Shown in pieces: positions 25,401-37,400 of a stretch of DNA of 64,000 bases. The translations under genes and the position numbers were made by a program. Within the stretch, counting starts at the first letter, position 1, and each line of letters opens with the position of its first letter. This DNA comes from Phoronis australis (lineage: Eukaryota; Animalia; Phoronida), in contig NMRA01000206.1 in the NCBI GenBank assembly GCA_002633005.1, positions 404,991 to 468,990 on the forward strand, in the 5' to 3' direction. The notes below the pieces were generated by a model that saw only the letters and a list, made by a program, of their open reading frames with translations, was not told the DNA's origin and did no database searches.

Positions 25401-28400
25401 NTACACATGGGTATGCAAGACATTAGTAAACAAACACAGGGTGGCAGTAATCCAACATTAACGCTGCCTACATCTCCCACTGTTAACTGCTAGGGTGATG
25501 AGGAGGATGGCAGAGATATGTATTGCCACACCACAAACAAATGCAGTAATTATGTACTTATGAGGATCACTCAGCACGCCTTCTTACATTTGTGTAAGGC
25601 TAAACATCACCCCCAGCCAGAGTGACACATTACACATCAAATATTTTCCAGTGATTACTTGGAAAGGGATTTCGATGAGGTCATACAGATAAAGCTTAGT
25701 TTGAGGCGAAGATAAAATTACACAGCAAAATCTCAAAAACTTTTCATAAAATGATTGTTAAAATATATATATTTTTGTCATTCTCTAAAGGCTTCAAACA
25801 TAGTGGTTGTGAGTGCCTAAAATTTCTCGAAACATTATCTGTTAAGATGGTACCGCTCTCTGAGACGCTGAGGCAATTATTTGGTGCTACGTTATTTTAC
25901 TGTAAAAAAATAAATTTCACTTGTTAGCCACTTTACCAAAGTAAAATTGTGCTCACATCATGTAATATAAACCAGGGTTCCTTCACTTTATCCAACGGCC
26001 CTACTCCCGGTAGCTCCGAGACTGTTCACAATTATCACGAGCGTGCAAACCATTGCATTGGGGCTGTTTGGGGGTGAGTCCTACTGCGGTGTAAGTGAGA
26101 CACAGTGAGCCTGCATTTTAATAACCAGTTTTCTCTACTGAATAACGGGCATCAAATTGACTCTTAAAATGTTAGTATTCTATATATATCCGGCGACTAC
26201 TGACCTGGCTGCTACTGCAAGCGTTTGACAACATACAATGACAATGTTAAAATAACATATTAAGTCAATGTTTAATAATTAGTTTCTAACATTGAAAAGA
26301 CATGATGAAACAAACAGTAACAATACTGTCGCCAAAGTCCAACAAACAAAATACACAAACAATTGTTTCAAAATAACGCTTTATTTTTACACCATACCAC
26401 TAAACAAACCAACACAGGTACATATTTAACTTTGAAGCACACCTGCCCACAAACGTTAAACAAATACATAAACACAGACCTTATAAAAATATCACCAATT
26501 TTGGATGCTTCTGGGGGGATGACTGCCGTGTACAGTTGTATGTTCAAAGAATGGCGAAAATTCTGAATGGTCTAATCCCAGATTTTTACGACACATAGTT
26601 TCAGAAGTACATAATATGAAGGTAGTTGCTATCTTAGCATAGACTGGACAACACATTTGATAAATTAGACATCCGTAATTCTAACAGCTATTATGTGCGT
26701 AAACAAAAAATGCAAATTATTTGTGATGTTCAAAAACACTTCTGAACAATGTACATGGTCACTTTTGACATCGTTCCTTTATCACATTATATGGACATTC
26801 AATGTGCAGGACGCTCTCCAAAAAGAGAATTTTTATTTAAATGACACAGGAATGCCAGCATTAAAATAAAAAATCCAAATTATGCTGAAAATGGCATCAG
26901 AAAGATTCATTTGAAAAGGTCAATAATAGATTTCTAGGGTAATAATGGTCAGATATTACAAGCTTGCATTTTGTAAACCAGTTTTTTCCACTGAATAACA
27001 ACTAACAAGCATCAAACAGGTTCTCAAAGTGTGGGCACGTTATATCCCGACTGTTCCCAGCATTTTGAACGCAGCTGATGGTGGCAAACCTGGGATATCA
27101 ATTATGGTAGGACAAGGACAGGGCTACTATTTCCCAGGTATAACAGTCTAGGACACATCACAACTGGGACAGGGTAATTACTTGAGGATAAAGAGACTCT
27201 GCATTAATGAGGACGATTTGGAAATAAGGTAATTTCCCAGTGACAATTGACAGAGTTCAGTTGATCTGCCACTGGAAACTTGAGAAGGGGTGTGCGACAG
27301 AGAAAAGTGGGCCATTAGTCCTGAATGCAGTCGGAGGAGGAGACCAAATTTGGCATCAAATCTCCTAAGATGTTGTAATGAGTCTAGACTAAAGCATTAC
27401 AAGACCACAAACATGTTCAAGTCAAACAGTATGTGTACATAATTGTTCTTAACTGAACTAAAGATATATGAAGGCAGGTTTATTCTCTTGATATATAGTT
27501 GAATATTTCGCTGCAAGCATTTGAAACCATGTTTAGTTAATTACCGTTTTTAAAGGTGAATATGTCCAAAATATAGCTTGGATGCGTTTGAAACCAGTTT
27601 TATCCCTTTAACATGGCTTTCAGTTGAGTAGAATTTTGGCTTGGATACATCTGAGATTGGTGGAGATCTAAAAAGTTATGGGTTGGTTTTCAATTCTTAA
27701 TCTATTACAAACACTAGAACATAATCGGCAAAATATCACCGATATTATGCACATCGGCTAAACACAGCAATCACCATCTCATTCAGCCAAAAACCAGTTT
27801 GAATCAATGACCCGGCATTAAGTTCAGTTTTTAGGTATTTCACTATCACCCATCTCCAATCTATGTAGTGTTAGCCCTTAGCAACAGGGACTGTCAGTGG
27901 TCTGCAACAGATAACGGAATTCTAAAACACACAAATTCATTCATATTTTATTGGTTATTTTTAAGGAGTTTATCCCTGTTTGCGCCACTACTCGACCTTT
28001 TTAAGAGACCTTTCTAAGAGACACTTGACAAGCAGATATTTGATGCCACTGTTATCAGTGGTGTTCTGAGACTGGGCAAATTTAATGTGCCAAAGATATC
28101 ACAAGTGACTGTCCAAAATTAACCCATGGCCCTGGTGAACTTGTAAGCATGAGTGGTGACTGAGATAATGCAGGAATGATTGGCTGTGTGGATAAAGTGA
28201 ATTGTACTAATAACTGATGGTAAATAGCTGATGGTCATTCCAGTAAAGTGTAGTCCAGGGGCCCATTCCAAGAACAGACTTAGCTACAACAAATCTTAAA
28301 TTTCAGTAACTTGCACGATAAAACTTAAATTTGTCTGAAGTGCGATCCAAGAAAGAGATCTTACGTTTGACTTAAGTTTTTGACTAACTTACAGCATGTG

Positions 28401-31400
28401 GAAGTTTCAAAGTTTGGAACTTATTAGTAAAAAATGAACTTAAGTCAGTTTCTTGGAAGGGGTCCCACTGCTATTGTGCAATTGGATAGACCTCCCTCAA
28501 GCATATCATTGGACACAGTTTAGAACAGAATGGCTTTACATTTTTATAAACACACCATCTGTAACTTTCGGTTCAGTCCACTTCCAGTAAATAAAAGTGG
28601 TGTCAATATGTTCATTGCTCGCATTAAAAACGACGGTGGCGTAGCCTTACATTCTGTAGGTGGAAGCGAAAGATGCTTATTTGATCATGTGCTTCGCTAG
28701 TAATGCATGGCGACATCTTTTGGCAATTATATTTGCCCGACATTGGGGATTTTACATAACCCAGGTTCCGAATAAATTAGTGGCCTAGATCCAACATCAT
28801 TTTTTTTGATATGCGAGTTTCCAAGTTCCTTTGAGCAGCCACCATCATTGACTAGAACACATACAAAAGCAATCAAGCTTGAAAATATACCAATATTTAA
28901 TTGTTAAAAACTGTGAAATTGAAACAAAACCGTTAAAATCTTCCCTAGAATCAGAAAACGCTTTCTCACAAAATCTATGCTTAACGTCCCAACAACTCAA
29001 AAAATACCCAAGGAGTGGTTATTAGATCACATTTTAATGTGATTATCATGAAATTAACACCGCTGTCACATGACCCCGGAGTGTGGCAGCCTCGTGGCTA
29101 AATGGGAAGCAATCAGACATCCCATGTACAGGACATTCACTTGGTCATCGGAAATGCACCGTTTCCTGAACTGAAACTTTTTGCAAATGGAAGTCTGTTT
29201 CAATTTTGGATAGGAGAACTTGTACAACGGTAAAATCTAACTAACTTCAGACAAAAAAATTGTACATTTTCATTTTCAAAGGCTTCTGACATCATTGTGA
29301 ATACCCACAATGCCCCCAGAATCGTTGCAGCTATGGCATAATGGAATTAATTTCGTGTAATTGTTATTAATCTCTAAAAAAAATGAGCGTACAAAATTTC
29401 ACTCGTCTGCTATACTGTGTCCTAAATTGGTGCAATTTGCCATAAAAGCAATACGGTAGCTTGTCTGGACTGCCAGCCAAAAGTTTCAGACAGACTAGAA
29501 TTGAAGACGTGGATGATATAAAAAAATCCATAGAATTAACTAAGCTGTGAACAACTGCCTAAGAGCGGTACCAAATGTTCAAACCTATGTAATTTAAAAA
29601 TGAGACTAAACACTCAGCCAATCCCATAATTAAGAAGAAGTATTTTCAAGCACCATTTTAGACATTATGAGAGATATAAGTTATAGAGACCATAATTGGT
29701 TCGATAAAAATGTGAAAATTGAGTGTAAGTAACATGCTTCGTACAGACGCTTGTAACATTAAACTCAGGGCTGGTTTGGCATGTCAAAACAATTTTGTTT
29801 ACCTACGTCATAGAACTTGAACAATCTATCAAGGGTCAAAGTCTTGGACATATGTTCACAAGAAGAGTAGATTATGTCAAATCATAACCACACCAAATTT
29901 TCAACTGGACACAACCCCATAACACTATTAACCACAACTTCATAAGCCAAACATAAAGTCCTTGAGACAAAAGTCTATTTTTTCCATTAGAGAGCTGTCA
30001 TCTACAATGAGCGTCAGGAAAATGACAGACACACGCCCAAAACCCAATTAATTAGAAAACCGCTGTGTTTTAAACTGATTTAAATTCAATCATTTTCCAC
30101 ACCCAACATTTAGAACTGGTTATATTACAAAAGGCCAAACACCTAAAAAAGACATTAAAATTTACAAAGGTAACACTTTTTGAACAGGGCAATGTCCAAG
30201 TTCACAAGAACTGATTTGATTTCGCTCACGAGACAAACATATGTTTTTGTTTGACTTATTTCAAGCGCACCAAATTGTATTAGTCAACACAATAGAGAGG
30301 ACTGGGTTCAAAATTATTCATAACCCTTCAATTTAACCTTGTTGAAATTTGACAAACACTAAGTCTGTTAGGCACCAGAACCCAGGTGACAATGATTTCC
30401 AAGTAAATCCTACACAAAATCAGTTTGTGTAATAATTACTAAGCAGACCGCTGGGTTTTGTTTACACAGCTCAATCTCAAGAAGGGGGTACTGGCTCCGT
30501 GGGGGGCTACTGCCACACAGGGTGTACACAGCACGTCCGGCCTGCTCAGATGGGGAGATTTACCACAACCAGATTCCCCCAAAACAGCACACGGAGGTCT
30601 CCCCTTCGTCACTTCGCTGAGCATTACGACCGACGGTGTTCAGTCATTCCCACCATTCTCAACCATTATCCTGCCGAGAACAGTGAAATCCCTGGGAAAA
30701 AGTTCCTTTTCCAATTTAAAACTTCATAGACGGAATCATGGGAGTTACAGAAACAAAAGGTTGGCAATGCATGAGCTACCTGGAGCTAAAGAACGGCTCT
30801 TTCAAGGAGACCCTTTGCAAAAAGACCCCTCTTGTCTATTCTCAAAAAGGGAGGGAATCTTAATTTTCCAGCATCAAAGAATAGCGGAGTACCCCCCCCC
30901 CAACCCGGGTATATCCAAATCCTCTGATAGAGACACCCCTTCAGTGAATTGGAGACAGTCAACAGACCACATAATCTTACCCAATACCATGATAATCCTA
31001 ATAATAATATTTTGACAGCAATCAGTGAGGTAGACAGACAGCTATTAAATACTCCGTTAAAGGGGAAGGTCACCTCCTAAAGGTCATTTTTTCACCGCCA
31101 GATTGGTTTTCCCTTGTGACCGTGAATGAAAGGAAGTTAACAAGAAAGTTAGTAAGGTGGCTAACACATTCTATAATTATAACTTTGCGGCCATTATCGT
31201 TATTACCAGATATTTTTGCAGTTAACCGAGTTGCCCTCCTGACTGGGAAACGCTATTTTGTCTGATTACTTTTGCCTGGTAACCTCCAATATGTAACATT
31301 CCACTTTACTACTTCCTGGGGAAACCACAAGCTTAAATGAAAGGAAATCATACAAGACTTTTAATAAGTGAACAACTGGTCTAGCAAGTGCAACAAAGGA

Positions 31401-34400
31401 CCAATCTCTTCAGTATGTCTTGTGATATCAATTGATAAATTCTTCACAAAAATATCCTGTTGATGGCATGTGATTCCTGAATAAAACTGGGTTCATTTGT
31501 AAGTCATGCAATGTTATCTTAGAACAAGGCACATTGTATTTAAGAATTTAAAACAAATACATGAAAAAGTTTAATTAGGGCCATTTTACAAATTGCCACG
31601 AACAGCTTATCAAGAAAATATTTCTTGACAGCTTCTCGTTTGAAATGGTCTTAAACTGGATAAAGATTGGAAGGCGGGCAACCATTTAACACGCAAAGTT
31701 GGGTCTAAATAAGCTAAATTATATTTCCAAGAACCACTACTAATGCTAATTCCGCCAGTGTGCAAACATATCAATGAATGATAAACATGGGTTGAACCAT
31801 AACAGGCAAATTTGTTAGTTATGACACTAGTAAAAACAACAGTTAGTTCATATGATAACAGGCTGGGATCATCCAGACAGGAACCACACTAATTAAGCTA
31901 TCTTAGCAGCTCCAGTCAATGTCTTATTGTTTAGCTGGCAGACACCTCATTGCAAACAAAGAAACAGTGTTTAATGGCTTCACAGACTTTCACGCCATCA
32001 ACTGAATAAGTATGTTAAATTTCACCAATTCAGGCCAGAATATGGCAAAAATTGAAATCTTTTTCTCATTTTTTTCTGTAAAAGCCGAGTAGGAACGACC
32101 AAGTGAATGCCTTTCTACCGTTATATTCAATTTCTACATCATAGGTACCACCAGGCAACAGTTTAAAAAACTGTGGGCACTCCCAACAAAGTTAGAAGAC
32201 CCTTTAAAATGAAAAAGGGCAATTTAGGCAATTATTTTTGGTCTGAAATTGGTGAGATCCCACCCTAATCCATATTTGTTTAAACAGAAGATCCAGTATA
32301 CAGTGAAACCAGACCCCAATTTTCCACTCAGAGAATTTATAAAATCACTATTTTCAAAGCCTTACCACGTTGACTGGCAACCCTAAAAGCTTTACCAAAT
32401 GCGATTTAATGGCATCTGAACTGCAGTCACACTGGCGACATTGTAAAACTTTCCTACTGGTTATTCTGGAGAGAAATTTGATAAAATAATAAACGACTAT
32501 TTGGACACATTTGTCTTAAATTGAAAAAGCCTTAAAATAGTTCCGTATTTGCATATGGCACTAATGCAAAAAGTCTGGACACCATAGCCAACATGATGTG
32601 AACTACCAACACATTTTTCTAATCAAAGCTTGAGTGAAAAGCAAATCAAAGTTTTACTGCCGGATACAAGGGATAGCCTCCTATTACCAAAGCACACTCT
32701 GGAACGTTAGCGCTGCTTCCAGTGACATTTGGCATCAAGTAAATGTAAACAACAGAAAATGAAATAGACCTCAGGTGAAGCCTTCATAAATACGTAACAC
32801 AAACAAAATGCAATCGAGTCTTCTAGAGCAGACTGTAAAATATAAGCACATGTACTTTTATAAGGAATAGTATGTGATTATTGACATTTTCAAAAAACAA
32901 ACAAAATGTACGCTTTGACAAACAATGGGTGCACGCTTTTAATGGTTTCAAAAAGATCCGCGTGTGCAGCAATAGTATTTACGCAACGTAGCAGATACAA
33001 GTGATCTCATTGTTTAGAAACTTTATTTGAAGATGTAGGCAAGACCAGCGACAAAATGCAGCACATTCCGTGTTTGTTCGGCAGGATAATTGTTTGGAGT
33101 GAAAAGTTCAGTAGTTTTACCCTGCAGCTATGTCCCTGAAGAAATAATGAAGACCTAAAGTCCTTGACGTTTTGCGTTATCACCTGGGGCAATGGTTGGC
33201 AGTGAAGAGTTAAGATATACTTCAAATTTACAATTGTACTAGGTGTCAAACGCAGTGCAACTTCAGACTGTCTCTGGCAATAAAGGGACGACAATCTTGT
33301 CACAATGCAGTTGGCATCAGCATGACTTAACTTTAATAAAAAAGACAAAGATGTACTTTGTATTAACCGAATGCATTGGTATTTGATGAATTATTGACTT
33401 CTCCGTCATGACTTGGATATCGGACTTCTAAAATACAAATCTCAGGTCAAAAAGTTAAAAATGTTGTAACCCTGACAGTGACAAAAGAAATGCAAACAGA
33501 TGGTATTTTGGTTATTTTAATTCATTATACCCAATTTTAAGTTGGAGATATTTCAAAGATAAGTTATTGTGAATCCTTTTAGGCTGAGTAGACCAGAATG
33601 AATTTCTACCTGACAATCTCACAACACACAATGGCTGTGATGCAATGTTCAGGCCTTCTGGGACTATAAACCAGACTTTGGACTGCTACTATTATCACAG
33701 TTTAGAAAAAGAGTGCAAAAAACATTTCTACAGCTAACTCTTATCTCACTACCATCAGCTCACTGTGTACAGGCGTGAAATTGCATGTAATCCAGCCCGA
33801 CAAAGGCTTGCTATTTTCTACAGAGTTTGGACCCCACCCCAGCAGGTGTGATATCCATACACTTAAATGCTTTAAGTGGGTCCATATTTTCTATTTCCAC
33901 ATTAAATAGCAGCAAGTAAAGATCACGTTGCCCTGGCTAATTCATGTGCATGCAATTTAAAAAGACATGCGTCTAGACTAGTTAAAAGCCATCAGGCCCC
34001 AGCCAGTCAGGATAAGGCTGATAATCTGATTAATGTTAGGAATATCATGTGACTTCGTCTACTGATGTCCTCCATCAATTTAACCAATGAGACAACAGGA
34101 CAGGACCCCTAGGTGCTGCCAAATACCCTGGATCACTAATGGGCGTCCAAGGGTCCTGAGAGCCAGGCACATAAACACAATGTAACCAATGAGAAGGCAA
34201 GTTGGCACCCCAGGCAGCCCTAAATTACTAATAGGTGTCTTGCAACCCTCCAGCTAGGCACCTCAACACAGAGACAGAGTCACACTGCACACACATTAGT
34301 TGGGAGCTGAGGACAATGGATTTTTCTTTTCTTTCATTTTTAATTAAGCAGCGGTGCCATACTTTTCAAAATATTGATGAAATTTGTGGACATCGTCTGT

Positions 34401-37400
34401 AATCTGGATGCCATGGCAGACGAAAGCTGCATCGTAAAAGGGAAATAAATTAGGTGAAAATCAGAGTTACCTAAATTTGTTTAACTTTTTCACTGACAAA
34501 TTCTTTACGATTGCAGAAAATGTATTTAATTTGAATACTAAAGATCTTCCTAAAATCCTTCCAAAAACCCGGTTCCCACCAACCCACGACTCATCAAAAA
34601 ATTATTCCAGAACATAATCAACTAGATATGATGAACATCGTTGAATCATTGCTTCTCAATATTACATCACACAGATCCACGAATTTAGCTAAATTGCGCA
34701 ATAACCACAACTGATAAATCATAATGCCATTAATTTTTAACTTTCAGAAGTCTTTTAAGATCACAACCAAATGTCAATTCACCGACAGGACTTCACTCCA
34801 TAAACACTGGCTTTGGTGAACATGTAATTTTGGAAGTTTTTCTTTATAGTATAAATCCAAATCAAAACTTAATTCATCCGATGTCAATCGCAAGGAAAAT
34901 ATTTAGCCACCACTTTATTCTTCAAGGTTTTCGAGTCTTTTCAACGAGACAAACACCACTCATAATCCGTTTATTTTTCAACCCCCTATTCAAGCCAAAG
35001 TTTGGACCCCTCCTTCATGCCCACGTCAATACCGCAGAGTTAGGTAAATGGAGGGACCTGAATACCAACGCTGCTTCAAAAAACAAACATTTATCCACAG
35101 GAGTCCCATGCAGAGAAAGGGTCTTGTGTTGACCTAGTGGATTTCTATGCAGTCCCCAAGTGAATGGCGTTACTGTGCTGCTCATAACAATATTTGGCAT
35201 TTGAGACCGGACAGTCACACAGTTCCTGATTTCAGGCATAGCTGAGCAAAAAGCAAAACACTAAGTCCCCATACGACGGGTCTTTGTGCAGCAATATCAA
35301 TTCTAGACGATGGTTTTGTTGACTACTGTCCTGCAAGAAAAATGTTTGCCAAATTTCCAAAGTCGATTTATTTCCAAAAACAGGAAACCGATGGAAATCA
35401 AAAGTTTATACCAACTTTCACAAGAACACACTGTCTTTCTGGAGACCTCAGGCACACCTGTGACAGATGAATAACAGGTAGTCTCTCTATTGTCAACAGA
35501 TCCAAGGATGGCTATTGAAGGGGTCTTTTCACAGACCCCAGACTCTCTGATGAGAACACTGATAATGTCGGATTATATCACCAGGTCACACCACTTGGAA
35601 GGCCAAGCAGAAACCATATATTGAAACTGGGCTCCCACTAGTCCACATCCAAGCCAAATATAGCCCACAGGTATTCAACATTGATTCTTTAACACCCATA
35701 GTCATATTTTCACATGCAACTTATGACAGAGATAGCCAGTTATAAACAGCTTCTTTTCAGTTACAGAGTTTTCAAACCAACAATTTAGGCAGGATTGCAT
35801 TGTGCATAATTGCATGTAGACAGAAATGCACTTCAAACTAAACCAGATAGGCAAAATGGCAGTTGGTCACAAAATGAAAGGCCAAATTATGCAACCACAT
35901 GCAGCAAGACAACTGCAGTTGATTGCATCATTAAATGTCTTGTACCACTGTGACCAGAATGCCTTTTCACTTTCTGGCAGTGTTAAGAGTCCATAAAAGT
36001 GCCCAGACTGTTCTCCCAATGTCTCTTGCCTACCAAATAACAATACATGGGATGATTAGACAACCTGTCAACATTGTAGTTGTGTTGGACAGCAAGGAGT
36101 CCAGAAGAGATCCAACAAGGTTCCATGAAGGATTCATTTCTTCTTAGCTGGAGCTACACTTTTCAAGACCACGGTAAAAAATTCTCAATTTGGAACAAAA
36201 ATAATTGTTAAAATTGCGGTATTTCTATTGCTCAGATGCTTACACATTCTATCAAATCCTCAAAATTTTATCAAATGCTGTTCAGTAACAGCTACGCCAT
36301 TCAAACCACGCCAGAAGCAAAAAAGTACGTTTTCCCAAAAAAGTTACTTTGGTGTCTCAAACTAAAAAATTAACAGCTAGTAAAGACATAATATTCCATC
36401 AGAACTTGACCCAACCCTGACCAAAGCATGGGGCAGCCAGTGGGTGACAGTGATCTTGTAACAGTCTCAGCATTCAGCAGTTTAACACTTCATTAACACA
36501 TGGCTGACCTGATCTCACAAACAGTGAGATTTAGAAAGTGAATGGAAAATATTTCCTTGTTAAAATGCAGGATTCCCATCAACCACACAGTAATGTCAAT
36601 TCCTGCTTCCCAACACTCCTGTTTTGTGGAGGAAGAAAGGCAGCCGATTGAAAGGGAGGGAGGCTAACACACTTCAGAGCCGAGTCAGACAACTGAACAA
36701 CGGTTTATCACGTTTTACTCAGTTTCTCAAGAAAATTAAGCCTGCATACCGTATAAACTCTCTCCGCAACAGTAAAACTTTATAGGTGTCTTGATTAGTA
36801 TCAGAACGACGAACTATTAAATACTGTAAAAAAGTGATTTGTCCAGAAGTAGTGGGGAATTGTGGGTCAAATGCCCTACAGACGCGAAGTAAATCAAGGA
36901 AAGTATCGCAAAAACAGAGTGGGGGCGCTGTTTTATTCTTGGAAGTGACTATTGTATACTTAATGCCGAAATGCTTTGACATTTACTACAAGACGATATT
37001 CAGATTTTTTAAACTGAATAGCATAATGCAATTTTGGTTACAAACTTGTTTTCACCAGTCTTGAATAGAACGAGACATACGTGGTTTGTCAAAATCACTT
37101 AAGGGAAGGAAATATCGGAGGGAAGGAAAAACACCAACTGTTGATGAAGAAATGGAAAAGAAATCATGAGCACGCGTCTTCAGCGGTGACCTCGACGGTG
37201 CACAACCAGCTAGTAATTAAAACTGTTTGACAGGCACAACTGTGTAGGGTAGCCTGCCTAGCAATAGTACATTGGTTAGACAAAAAACCCTGGTGCTATT
37301 TAAAGCTGACAAATCACAGTAATTCTTTGCCTATTTAGCACACAATATAAGGCAGACTAGTGAAATTTTGTTTTTCAAATTAGTCAACAGAAATAAAGAT

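Larger units (their letters stand above)
22912..27721. repeat. Near-identical ~2.3-kb direct duplication (22912-25233 vs 25402-27721) separated by an assembly gap
   Basis: Both copies begin t(g/a)cacatgggtatgcaagac and end aatctattacaaacactagaaca, with scattered SNPs and small indels. Confidence 0.97.

Noticed and set aside
30458-31015. 185-aa plus-strand ORF
   Set aside because: Coincides with a GC-richer transposon relic; no recognisable domain
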